Positions 1-14,411 of a stretch of 64,000 nucleotides of DNA are shown here, in pieces. Made by a program: the position numbers and the translations under genes. Source of the stretch: the human T2T-CHM13v2.0 reference genome, Homo sapiens; the NCBI RefSeq assembly GCF_009914755.1, contig NC_060942.1; one strand, written 5' to 3'. Within the stretch, counting starts at the first letter, position 1; the number at the start of each line of letters is the position of its first letter. Below the pieces are notes generated by a model. It ran no database searches and was not told the origin of the DNA. It saw nothing but the letters and a program-made list of their open reading frames with translations.

Positions 1-466
1 TCTTGCTCTAAAGGGCAGCAGAGAAATAGGCTGGGATCTGGTGCCCAGGGGAGCAGGAACAATTCACTCAAAGCAGCTTGAAAGAAGACAGAGGATGACG
101 TGGCCATAGATGCTGCAAGGTGGGAGGTGAAATTCGTAAAGTGAAATTAAAGCCAGGTCAGCAACTGAGCGTGAAGATGAAGAGGCAATGCAGGGGCTGA
201 GCTGAGAGGGAAATGTGTGCAGGGGTGGCCAAGATGGGGGATGGACCAGATTGCTGGGCAATGGGAAGGGCCCCTGGATGCCTGTGGTCATCTGATGTGA
301 GACCACCCCACCAGGGCTGTGTGCCTTTCTTCAGCCGAGCACAGCTGTGTGGGTGCAGGCCTGGAGCAGGCAGTGAGCTGGATTTAACCAAACTTGGGGT
401 TCTGCAGGAAGGCATGATGGAGAAAAAAAACGAGGGATCTAAGGGTGTTAAGAAAGGAATTCTTGA

Positions 467-756
467 GGCTGGGAGAGTTGGCTCATGCCTGTAATCCCAG
501 CTACACCTGAGGCCAGAGGATAGCTTGTGACCAGGAATTTGAGGCCAGCCTGGGCAACATAGTGAGACCCCCATTTATTAAAAAAAAAATTGCCAGGCAT
601 GGTGGGGTGTGCTGGTTAGTCTAGCTACTTAGTAGGCTGAGCCAGGAGGATCATTTGAGCCCAGGAGTTTGAGGCAGCAGTGAGCCACGATTGTGCCACT
701 GCATTCCAGCCTGGGCCACAGAGCAAGACCCTATATCTTTAAAAAAAAAAAAAAAA
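467..756 (+). mobile_element. Alu (AluJ-like)
   Basis: Dimeric Alu with A-linker and poly(A); flanked by aaaggaatt TSD-like repeat. Confidence 0.95.
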
Positions 757-1333
757 GGAATTTTCTGTAGTGCTAAACCAGGAAGTTTATTTTAAGCAGA
801 TAAGTGAGATTTGGAGGGGGTAAAGGATGCTGCTGAGAAGGTGGATCAATGGGCCGAAAGGTCGCCCTGCACTCAAGGATTGCTGAGGGCAGAGGGAGTG
901 AGAGAGTGGGCTGGAAAGGTAAGAGGTGCCGTCCGACAGCAGGTTTGCGCTACTAGGGTTCCCCATGACAGTGAGGAGCAGAGTCGGGTGGATTAGAAGA
1001 TTGCGGGAGGCGGGGAGAGCAAGGAGAGGCATAGCTCGGGGATTGCAAATGTCATGTTTGTGGGTGTTGGAATCACCACGTCTGAGGGTAGGAGGGGTGT
1101 GTGGGGCAGGGGAGAGATGGGCTGAGGGAGGAGGAGGGGAGTCCTGGGAGCAGCAAGGAAGGAACATGCCCGCTCTGGCGGAGGAGAGAGGACAGGCATT
1201 TGCTGAGAGGGCTCAGGAGCTGCAGTGTCCTCGGGATGAAGCCAGATTTTGGATGAGAACATTCACAGAAGAGGTTTTGAATGTAGGAAATTTCAGCAAT
1301 TGGGGGTGTGGGTAGGAAAGTGGGCCACAGTCA

Positions 1334-1618
<285 letters not shown>

Positions 1619-1630
<12 letters not shown>

Positions 1631-1746
1631 GAAGAAGAAGAAGAAGAAAAGAAGAAGAGGAAGAGGAGGAGGAGGAGGAGAAGGAGAAGGAGAAGGGAGG
1701 AGAAGGGAAGGAGAAGGAGAAGAAGAAGGAGGAGGAGGAGGAGAAG
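1619..1746 (+). repeat. Pure polypurine tract A/(GAA)n/(GAG)n
   Basis: 128 consecutive purines read directly. Confidence 0.95.
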
Positions 1747-2097
1747 CGCAGCAGAAGCCACAAAAGACTCTGTGCTCCTTGGGAAGGAGTTTGATCTTCA
1801 ACATCCAGTGAACACATTTGTCCTTCTTCAAAGAGGGTCAGAAACTCAGGGTCACAAAACTGCTCAGTGACAGGGACGCGATTCTTTTTTTGAATCTGCC
1901 CTTTAATTTGCAATGAGATGCAATTCTGATGGCAACTCCAAGCTGCTAGCACAGCAGTCAGGAAGTACAGGGGCCACATGCATGCCTAACTCTGACCCAC
2001 AGACCCCTGGGAGCCCCATCCGCTTGCTGTTTCTATCAAGGAGACTTGTATGTCAGTAGTTTTAACCCTTTGGAAGTCACAGATATCTTCAAGATAA

Positions 2098-2538
<441 letters not shown>

Positions 2539-3806
2539 ACATCCCCCTTTTCTCCCGGAGCTAAGGTGAGCTGGAAGTGGGGGCTGGGATGGAAGCGGTA
2601 CAGAGGCCCTGGTGTGACCTGCACTCACAGCTCCCAGTTATGAAGAACCAAGTGACCACGCCACCACTGCGGCATCTCACTGCTTGGTCAGCAATCTCCC
2701 TCGCCGGTTGCCTGGACACCAGGACAAAGGAGAAACTATTAGGATTGAAGTGTGTGGGGCCAGACTCATCAGCAGGGAGCCAGTGGCCTGGCGTTCCTGC
2801 GCTACTCAGTCCCTATTTAGGGCTCATAAAGGTGCACCCCGCTGCCCCACACAGCGCTAAGTAGGTCACCAGCCTGCTAGCGAGCCCTTTGGAATCAAGT
2901 GTGTCATCAATCCAACGGTTTAGCCCTGTCTGGGATGCTCCCAGGGGCTCCTCTTTTGTACTCACCTAACACAAGTCTAAAAAGCCAGGCCTGGCCTGTG
3001 GTGGATCTAGAATTTCTAGGGCCCCCGCTCTCCCCACCCCCACAACCTCATGAGAAAGTCCTAATCTCCAAATAAACAACCATTCCCAACTCTAAACACT
3101 GACTTATGCCTGTGAACAGAGCATAGGGGCAACTTGTCCAAGTGGACAGAGTTCTAGGAGTCATTATTGGATCCTCAGGAGTGAGTCACTCCTACAAAGC
3201 ACCAGGGTTTAGCTGGTGGGGGGTGGGGGTGGGGAACAGACAGCATTCTAGGAGGCTCTAGAGGGTTCTGGCAAGGTCTTGCTGCAAATACCCCTTGGGG
3301 AATTGGCAGAACCTTGAAATAGCTCGCTGGCCAAAAGCGCCCTCCTCTAGGTCCCCCAGGAGTACCTGGCTTTTTCTCTTTTCATTTAATGCTGGGAAGA
3401 CTCAGCGATTGTTTCAAGCCCCATTCTCTCCTTGAAAAGGAAACCATCCATTTGCTCTCCCTCTTCCCCTCCTTCCCGCTTTTCAGCTTAGAAAATATGG
3501 AAAGTCTCCAGCAGTAGCCACAATAAAAGAAGCCCTTAATCTTATTAATGATAACAGGAATAAGGAACATCAAAGTAAAGCAGTGAGTGCACTCATTAGG
3601 GTGTTGAAAGGTATTGGGGCTGGAGATCCTGAGAAAGCTATACTCTTTTGTGTTGGATAACAACACAGAAGGCCCAATTTCTGGACAGTTGTTATATCAC
3701 CAGATTCCCATTACCCATAGAATATTAGCATTTCCTGAGCCAATAGGGCCCATTCTACTTGCTCTAGTTAGGCTCTTTCCATAGCAAGAGGCTTAAGTTA
3801 CTGGGG

Positions 3807-3866
3807 AAAAAAAAAAAAAAAAAAAAAAAAGAAGGAGGAGGAGGAGAAGGGGGAGGAGGAGGAGGC
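3807..3866 (+). repeat. A24 run plus (GGA)n low-complexity tract
   Basis: Read directly. Confidence 0.9.
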
Positions 3867-3875
3867 GGTGGTGGT

Positions 3876-3949
3876 GGCCAGGTGTAGTGACATGCACCTG
3901 TAGTGCCAGCACTTTGGGAGGTCAAGGCAAGAGGATCGCTTGAGACCAG
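3876..3949 (+). mobile_element. Alu left-monomer fragment
   Basis: ggccaggtgtagtg...cagcactttgggaggtcaaggcaagaggatcgcttgagaccag, then truncated. Confidence 0.85.
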
Positions 3950-4194
3950 ATGGCTGGAGGGGGTGCCGTCAGGGTGGGAAGGGCTCTGTGGACAGGCCGG
4001 GGCGTTCCTTCATGAGTCTGTGCTTCCCCCTGGACATCCTCCCATGCATGCCCCTCTCTCCTCTGCCTACTGCTGGGTACCAATGCGGCCCATGGTGCTG
4101 TCTCTAGACCTCTCCGATTACCCTTCATCGGAAACTGCCTTGTTCTCGTGGTATTTCTTAGCTCATTTCCCAGGAGGGAGCCCTGCACTAGCCC

Positions 4195-4634
4195 TGCATT
4201 CGCTCTCTAGGGCTGCTGTAATAAAAGTTCCACCAACTGGGCGGCTTAAAAGCCGCCCGGTAGTTCTGGAGGCCGCAGTGCGAGATCAAGGTGCTGGTGG
4301 GGCTGGCTCCTCCTGAGGGCGGGGCCAGGGCTTCTGTTCCAGCCTCCCCCCAGCTTCCGGTGCTTTGCGGGCGATCTTTGGCACTCCCCGGCTTGTAATG
4401 CATGACCCTGACCTCTGGCTTCCTCTTCACGCGACATTCTCCCTGTGTCTGTCTCTGTATCCAAATGTTCCCCCTTTTAGAAGGACACCCATTGTGTTTG
4501 GATTGGGGCCACCCTACTCCAGTATAACCTCATCTTAGTTACATCTGCAATGATCCTATTTCCAAATAAGGTCAAATTGGAGGTACAGGAGGTTAGGACA
4601 TATAAATTTGAAGGACACGATTCAACCCGTGACA
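4195..4634 (-). mobile_element. MaLR solo LTR (MLT1C-like)
   Basis: Matches recalled MLT1C consensus end to end (ctagggctgc...ctatttccaaataaggtc...attcaaccc). Confidence 0.85.
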
Positions 4635-4683
4635 GGTCTCCTTAGCTTTTGGAACTGGGCCACACTGTAGGCATGTACCTGGC

Positions 4684-4883
4684 TGTATTCGTTACCATAG
4701 GCAGACTGGCTTAAAACAATACAGATGTATTGCCTCACAGTTCTGCAGGCTGGAAGTCCAAAATCAAGGTGGCAGCAGGGCCATGCTCCCTCTGAAACCT
4801 GTAAAGGAATTTTCCCTATGTCCAGATAAGGTCAGATTTACAGATTTAGGGAGTCGGGACTTCAACATATTCAACCCGTAACA
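4684..4883 (-). mobile_element. Internally deleted MLT1 LTR
   Basis: ctcacagttctg..ggctggaagtccaaaatcaaggt and terminal ttcaacccgtaaca. Confidence 0.75.
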
Positions 4884-5684
4884 GTGACCATCTTGTGACT
4901 GGCTTCCCCTTGGATTGGGTCATTTCTGTTCTAGTCAGCTGGGGGAGGGTGTCTCTTGTGTGATACACCATGGCTGAAAGTGGGACAGCTCGCTTCACTT
5001 AGCAAAGGCATGGACCTAAGAGGCCCCGTGAACTCACCTTCCAGGATATGGTTTCAAATATGCGCCCACCTAATACCCTCCAGCTATCTAAACACAAGGC
5101 CTGAAGTGTTTCCACTTCCTCCAAAGCCACATCCAGGTACTGCCCCAGAAACAATAGGGTAGGGCCCCTTCGGAAACCACTTGCTCATCACAGAGTCTAT
5201 TTCTCCCCTGGTTATGTTGAGATCCTTTCTAGATAGTTCTCTGCATTCTACAATCCATGTAATAAATGATTAATGTAACCACTGCCAATATCAATTCTAT
5301 AGACGGTGGAACAAAAATGGAATTTCTGCATGGGCAGAAAGAGAGCCACTTCCTCCACTTGAGTCCTGGACCAACACATTTCAGCAGTGGCAGGGGCAGC
5401 ATTATTCTTGGTAACTTGTCCCCAGTCTGTCCTGAGCCCTACAGACATTCTCCTAGCCTCACAATGTGGGACCATCATCATTACACTGACCACCTATGGG
5501 TGGTAGGAGAATTTGGGGATCCCCATGTGACCTGACTTCTTTGCACTAAAGTGAGTTCTGTGGTTGCTGTATCTGACTTCCAGAGTTTCTTTCTGCTGGG
5601 AGGGTTGAGCCACATGTCTGCTGGTGCCCTTATCAAAGGTAAAGCCACCTGGCTCTCCAGATGTGTTACAAGATCTCAGGATTA

Positions 5685-6003
5685 GGCTGGGCGTGGTGAC
5701 TCACGCCTGTAATCCCAGCACTTTGGGAGGCTGAGCCAGGTGGATCACCTGAGGTCAGAAGTTCGAGACCAGCCAGACCAATATGGTGATTGGTCCATCT
5801 CTACTAAAAATACAAAAATTAGCCGGGTGTGGTGGCGCTCACCTTTAGTCCCAGCTACTTGGGAGGCTGAGGCAGGAGAATAGCTTGAACTCAGGAGGCG
5901 TAGGTTGCGGTGAGCCAAGATCACGCCATTGCACTCCAGCCTGGGCAACAAGAGTGAAACTCTGTCTCAAAAAACAAACAAACAAAAAAAACCAAAAAAA
6001 AAA
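5685..6003 (+). mobile_element. Alu (AluS)
   Basis: Full length; TSD ctcaggatta. Confidence 0.95.
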
Positions 6004-6080
6004 CCTCAGGATTAATGCGGAACCAAAACTCCCTGCAATCTTAGTTTAAGAGTGACATGTCCCTTTTTATTAGGCTGGGA

Positions 6081-6382
<302 letters not shown>

Positions 6383-6879
6383 TAGGCTGAGATTTTTATG
6401 ATGATACACTTCCTGCAGAACCCCTGGGGGCTGCCCATCAATTCCCACTCTGGGGTCTCTTGTCTTAGAGATGAGTGATTTTGCCTCTCTGTGCATCTGG
6501 GTCACCACAGCTTTGGAGATGCCAGCTCTCAATAGCTACAGTTGGGCCCAAAAGACCAAAGCCCCAAGGCCTTAATTGCCAGGGGGTGGCAAGGCCCTCC
6601 CCCGCCCCTTAAAGCTGGGCAGCTGAGTACTTTCCCCATGTTGATCTGATTTTGACCTTGTTGCTTGATTGTAGGCTGGACGGCTTCATTGTAGAAGTTG
6701 TGGGTGGGGCAGGTGCTGTGAACACACACTGCAGACTATCATTATGTTATATGAAATTCAATGACATTTAAAAATAAACACAGTCACTTCAACAAGCTGC
6801 CAATGTGTTGGCATTTTCATACACAGTACCACTCGCCCCCATGGAGGGCTCCTTGAGGGACACATGCTGTTTTCCCAAC

Positions 6880-7026
6880 CATGATGTCATTTGATCCTCA
6901 GCACAATCCTGGGGTCTGGTTTTAGGATTCCACCTCATAACTGGCGAAACAGACACAGAACATTTCAACTTTCTGTTCAGGATTACAGGGCAAGACTAAG
7001 AACCTTCATTCCCTAACTTCCAGTCC
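6880..7026 (-). mobile_element. MIR fragment
   Basis: Degenerate tcatttgatcctca..caatcct..gaaacaga MIR core. Confidence 0.5.
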
Positions 7027-7039
7027 TATTCCGGGCCTT

Positions 7040-9700
7040 TAGTTTGATGTTAACAGCTGTTTGTCATTTTAGCAGGGAGATGGGTACATTCGTGGTATTT
7101 CTCAAGGAAGGGAGGACGACATTAAGGAATGCAGAAGAAGGTCACCCTACTTATTCCTCCAGTTTCCCTGGGTTGCCCTGTCTTTGCTGCCTCATTTTCT
7201 TTGTTAGAAATTCACTTTGCTGTCTTCCATGCTCATTACGCATCGTTATGTTGGGGTTGGGGGTGGGGGGGGCAGAACGAATAATTAACTCCCAGGCTTT
7301 GCCTTCTCTTTGTCTCAGGCACTTTGCATCCTCCCCTGTCTTTCTCCTCCAGAGATCAAACTCTTATCCCTCTTCCTATTTTCCTTTGATGCAAGCTTTA
7401 TGACTGGGAGGATGTGCTTGTCAGTTGCTATTCTAAGGACCTGGAGGTCATTTCAGTCCCTGCTTCTGTAAAAAGGATGAATTTGGAGGAAGCAACCCAC
7501 CAGCCTCCCCTTCCTCCACTTCACTTGTTTATGTGTTTGCATAATCTGTTTTCAGCAGTAATTGTCCTATATGTGAAAATATGAAGCCTTATTTTGACAG
7601 CTGGCAGTGTCTTTGATATTGGAAGATGTCATTTGGAAAAGAGGGAACGACAGCAGATCGGAGGCAGCTGTTCACCGCCGTGGTAGCCCGTGAGCGCAGC
7701 TGTGGGGTGGTGATGGTGGGATTTGGGATTGGGCGGGCTGGTGTTTGTTTCTGTTTTGTGTTTTGTCAAATCCCTGGGGCTGGATATCATTAGGCTACAA
7801 GCTGCACATTCTATTTAGTTAGAACCAGGAGCTGACGGCATCAGAGAAGAGGAGGAGGGAGAAAGAGCAAAGGGGCATGGAGCGGAAAAAGAAAGAACAG
7901 GAGAGGACCTTGAAAGGTGGAATAAGGCCGTGAATGCGGGGGAGAGAAGTCACAGGCAGAGAAAGACAGAAAATGAGGAGGTGGAAACCGGCTGTTTGGG
8001 GGATGGGCTAATTGCCCAAGTAAGGCTCTGCCCTGAGACCTGGGGATTATCTAGCCTTTTTCACCGGTCAGTGTCACAGGGGCCGCCGCTGCCTTAGTGC
8101 AGGGAGCCCAGTCCCTCCACCGCCGTCCCTGCAGCCTGCAGACAGGGCCCACCTGCCGCCTACTCCCCGGCTCCAGCAGCTGGGAAAGGCTCCCATCAGC
8201 AGGTGAAGGGGAGCGGGAAAGCCACTCGCCAGCGCCTGCTCTGAGGCTGCTGTCCTTGCACGTTCACACGTGGGAGAAGCGACTTTCTTTCTCTTTCTTC
8301 AGTTCCAAGGAGCCCATTAGTGGCCTGTGACGGGCTCAGGTATTGTTCCCCTCAAGACCCACTGGGCCTGCCGCTGCCAGGGCTCACATTCCTGCCCCGG
8401 CGACAGGATCGGGTCAGGCTGTGTCCTGAACCCCACGCCCCACCGGCGCCTGCACACACGCGCCCCTCTCCACCTCCCCTTCTCAGTCTCCTGCCCTGGG
8501 TGCTCCTTGAGACCACCACCAGGACGTCCAACTCTAAAGCCACAGAGACCCGGGCTTCCTGGGAAAAGCTGACCAGCGCATTCCTGCAGGCGCAGGATTA
8601 AGACGGGAAACCCAGAAAGGAGTCTCTCCTCATTGCAAACAGAGATAAGCCTTCGGGGAGAGTTGCACACAGGAGTGCGAGTGGCCACCCCTCCAGGGGC
8701 TGTGACAGGGGAATCTGTGGGTCAGCGGCCTCTCTGCCACCACCAGCCACACGACTTGGGGAGGACAGCTGGGGCCTCCCTGTTCCCCTGTCCGCAGCAG
8801 TCAGGGCCTGCCTGTTCATACCCAGGTTATCACGTGAAACCAGGGAAGTCAGGGACCAGCCTCTGACTGCGGGACAGAACCACAACACAGGGTGTTGCTG
8901 GGGAGGCCCGACCTGGCTCGGGTTGGCTGCTTTCTCCTTTACAGGCTAAAGATCTGCTGCCCGCTGGCTCCTGCGGCCCTCCGTGGAGTGGGGGAGGCCA
9001 CCCTCCCTCCTGCGTCACCATCCTGGCTGCCTCCGTTCCTGCAGCTGACTCTGCAGGGGTGGGGAGTTTTGCTAGCAAGGCAAGTGGGATGTATTTCCAT
9101 CCATGTCACACAGAGCTGACAGAAGCTAGGCGATTCCAGGGGGAAATGTCCTTACTTCCTTCCGAATGGCCTGGCTGCAGCTTAAGTGCACAGAGGAGTG
9201 GTTCCTAGACCCACTCTCAATCCTGGGTCTGGGTCTGGCTGGGTCTGGCTGCTTCTGCAGGCTTCTTGCTGTCAGGTCTCTCTGGTGTCAGAAATCTCCT
9301 GCCCTGCTGCCACCTTATGGAGTTAGGATGCCAGACAGACTGGCAGGGAAGCAGCCCCATGGGGGGTTGAACCCTGCCTCTCTACTCTGTTCTCTGCATG
9401 GTATCAGGGTGGCCCCGAGGGAGTGCAGAAGTGCCAGCCTTCCGCGGAGGGGAAGCCCTTTTTTGCCTGATCTTCTACATAAGCTTCTCCTAAGTGCTAG
9501 AGTCAGGCATAACCCCAAGGAAAGTTTCAAGGAGACGAGTGGTTCCAGCATGCAATGCTGCAGAGAGCTCAAGGAAAGCATTTAGTGGATGTCATAACTA
9601 GGAGGTCGTCAAGACGGGGAAGCTGCAGAGAACACCTGGGCACTGCTCCTTTGGGGATCTTAGCTGAGAGGCCTTCCTGTTGGCAAGAGAGGGGGTAGGA
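7040..9700. promoter_or_regulatory. Candidate enhancer-like GC-rich block with no recognisable repeat
   Basis: No Alu; raised GC and CpG; seven CAGCTG and two CACGTG E-boxes; G4 motif 7718-7737. Confidence 0.3.
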
Positions 9701-10289
9701 AGGACCTACTCTCCTGCCTACTCCAGTGGGCAAGCTTTCACATGAGAAGGAAAGAGGAAATGTAATTATTTCTGAGACTGAAGAGATCAGGTGGCATGGT
9801 ATTAATGATTAGGGAACAAGACTGTCATACACATCACGACAGTTCGTCAGTTCCAACTTCCCTCATGTGAATGACAGCTGACATTCACACTTGCAGGACC
9901 AGGAGCCAATAATAACTACAAAGTGGCAAGTGGCTCTGTCCCTTCTGCCGCCACTAAAGAAAGCATCTCAAAATGCAAGCGTGTGGTAGTGACTTCATTG
10001 TAGAGACACTTGAATCACCTCTAGTTTATTAATATATTATAATAAACCAAAGAATGGTCCTTTCACTCTTAGTCACAAAGTACTTGCACCATGCCTCTCA
10101 ATAACATAAACCAACAAAAAACTCAGTGAGATTCAAGACTCATAGTTCAACTAACACCCCTGCCATACTCACTCTTCCTTCTTAAAAAAATATCAATGCC
10201 AACAACTTACAGAAAAATCTCATCAATACTAAACAGCTGTTCCTTTCCTAAAAAGTCTCTTTGGATATAAATTGGTATCTCCATCAGCT

Positions 10290-11259
<970 letters not shown>

Positions 11260-11735
11260 GGATTTTTTTCTTTCTTTTGTTTTTCTTCTCCTTTTTTTTT
11301 TTTTTGGTTTCATAGATATGCAATATTTCTCAAAAGAATTGTTTTAAATCTGTATTTCTGAAGTTGAATTTAGGGGAGAGCCTGTGCCCCTGATGCCACC
11401 CTAAAGTGTCAGAGCCTCTTCACCCCGACAGTCTCCTTGCACACACATGTGTATGAACCGAAAGAGGGAAGTTTCTTCAAGACCCAGGCCCAGACAGCCA
11501 GCTCACACACGCATGTGACTGGTTTAAAGGGAAGTGCATAGCTGCTCTGGAGCATGGCACGGCAACCATTAGTTTAGTACCTGGCAAAGGGTAGACCATC
11601 CAGAAGTAGGCGCTGAGCTAGCTGCTTCGTGGAGCCTGAAGGAGAGTGTGATGCTGTGAGCGCTTCCTCCCCGAAGCTGCATAGCAACTACACATGCCTC
11701 CTGAACAGCTTTTCTTACCCCATCTTCTGTTCTAA

Positions 11736-11861
11736 GTATGGCAACTACATGTCCTAAATCTGCTAACATTTCAAACAGGTGGTCCAGTTGTCCCCAGAAA
11801 GTGCACTCATTCTTTTGAGACCACATGTCCCAAATTTGGACTGGGGACATGTGGTCACTAC
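11736..11861. mobile_element. hAT-Blackjack MITE relic (MER94-like)
   Basis: Repeated atgtccc/tgtccc motifs, terminal atgtggtcacta, internal 13-bp inverted repeat. Confidence 0.45.
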
Positions 11862-12366
11862 TATTTTGATGTATTGGTCTCCCACACTCCACTAGAACGC
11901 AAGCTTATTAAGAGTAAGGACTGTCTTATTCATCATTCCAAACCTGTATCATCCCTTTTCTACAACCTACACCATCCTTTAATTATAAAGTTGGTTCTAC
12001 TTGCTCTCTTGTCACTTAGAGAGTTGCTATTCTTTGAAAATACAGATCCTAAAATAGCTCCATCTCTTTTCTCTCTTCCAAACTGTGTGTGTGTGTGAAA
12101 ATGGGTTCCAAAAATATAATTTTCTTTAATGTGTTATAAGTAGCAATAGAGAAGCAAAAGGCAATAATATGCCCAGTAAGCATTGCCTACCAAACTAATT
12201 CTGAATACTTTATTATCCTGCTGACAACTGAAGAACGGTATTTGAAAGTCAAAAATTTCACTGCTTTCACACAGTATACAAATTGAAGCTCACGTGGCCA
12301 ATGAAAGATATTAGCCAGAGGCGTCAGTTATATAAAGAGTTTCAGCACAGTGCTATAAATGCGTAG

Positions 12367-12701
<335 letters not shown>

Positions 12702-14078
12702 TAAACACGCTTTTATAAATGACATACTAGTATAGCATATCCATACAGCAAATCCTCTAGAGTATCAGAATAATTCTGGCAAATGCTTTGATTCTAAACT
12801 CTCCACATTCCACTGACTTCAACAGAGATCCCAGCACCTAACATTGTCTTCCAGACTCCTCCTACTGCTATGACAGGAGCCTGAAAGACTGATGGGAGTC
12901 AGACTTGTTGAACTGGCACAGTCTTCAATATGCGAGGAGACCACAGCATCCTCGACCTAGAGCTCAAATCCAAGCTTTGGCGACTGGACCAAAACATCTA
13001 GATGGTTAGGTGAGGGTGAAGGGGATGGCTAATCATTTCTAGAATGGTAAGTTTCACTTGGTAGGAATTGTCTTTCATTCACCAGCAGGGTTTTTAATTC
13101 TCCCCCAAAGAATTTAAATGACAAATTCAAGATAAATGAGGAAAGTGTCCTTTGGAAAATAAACATCTACCATCAGTCCCACTTGTGGGTTCCCAGGGCA
13201 GCTGGTACGAATCAAGGGGAATATGAAACATCTTCCGCATCTCTTGACTCACATCTGGCCCCAACCCACCGCCTTCTGAGTCCAGAAGACTTTACATCTC
13301 ACAGTTTCCTCTGCCGCCCCGCAGGCCTGCTTGGACAGCTGTGGCTTGCCGGCACGAAGGCCACGAAGCTGCAGATCAACCAGTGAGTATGTGTTCTGTC
13401 CTCTTTCCAACTTCCTGCACAACCTGAGCTCCAGACGTGATGCACAGCAGAGTGACGCAGGCCGGGGTCTCTCCGTGCTAATTCTGAGCGCAGCTCCCAG
13501 AGGCCAAAGACAGGCGAGGCAGGAGCGCCGCCGCTATTGGAGGATGGAGGCAGGGAATGTGGACTGAAGTCCAGAGTGACCCCCGGAATTCTCTATATGG
13601 CAAAACCCCAGCTGGCCATCAGGAGCAGGAAAAGCAAGGCAGCAGGACCAGGAAAGGGGTCAGGAATGACTCTGAAAGGCTGGGCTTTGGGACGGCAGGA
13701 AGGGCTCCACGCTGAGAGCACCGGCTTGGATGGCCATCAGAGTAAGCAGCAAGGGCTAGGTAGAGCTCAGTTCTGGACACTAGGCGAGGGGGGAGAGATG
13801 TTCTGGGACACCCCAGTCTTCACTGAGGGATTCTGAGCTCCAATTATGGTTTAGTCATTCAATGCATAGACCAGGCTCTTCTTTTAGCTGGCCAGAGTCC
13901 CAGGGGCTAGGAGCCTGGCACTGTACGAGACACGCATGCACCCCTTCCTGCGGAATATACTTTGAGGAGGGAGTTTTCAGGAGCAAGAGTTGGGAGTGAT
14001 AGAAAAACTTACCATTTAACTACAGCCCAGAACCCATACCTGAACTAGTAACTTAATTCTCATTTTTAAAATTTTCAT

Positions 14079-14286
14079 TATTTTTTAGAGACAGGGTCTC
14101 GTTCTGTCGCCCAGGCTGGAGTGCAGCGCCCAGGCTTGAGGCACTCGCTGCAGCCTCAAACTCCTGGGCTCCTGAAGGTCCTCCCGCCTCAGCCTCCTGA
14201 GTAGCTGGCATTATAAGCATGCACTATCCTCTTGCCTCAGCCTCTCCAAGTGCTGGAATTACAGGCGTGGGCCAATGTGCCTAGCT
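14079..14286 (-). mobile_element. Internally deleted AluJ
   Basis: Right arm fused to the 5' end of the left arm; flanking repeat acttaattct. Confidence 0.85.
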
Positions 14287-14411
14287 GTGACTTAATTCTA
14301 AACTTTGCCAGATTATTAATCAATTTCTTATCTTCCTCATATTTGGCTCAAGTAAGAGATGGGGCAGTATCTAAGGAACCTCAGTGGACTCAGCCAGGAA
14401 ATCTGCAAAGA

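Noticed and set aside
7602-7613. tggcagtgtctt matches the first 12 nt of miR-34a
   Set aside because: The match stops at 12 nt and there is no complementary arm for a pre-miRNA hairpin.
8097-9585. Dense overlapping ORFs on both strands
   Set aside because: Expected in GC-rich DNA with few stop codons; no domain or consistent exon structure.
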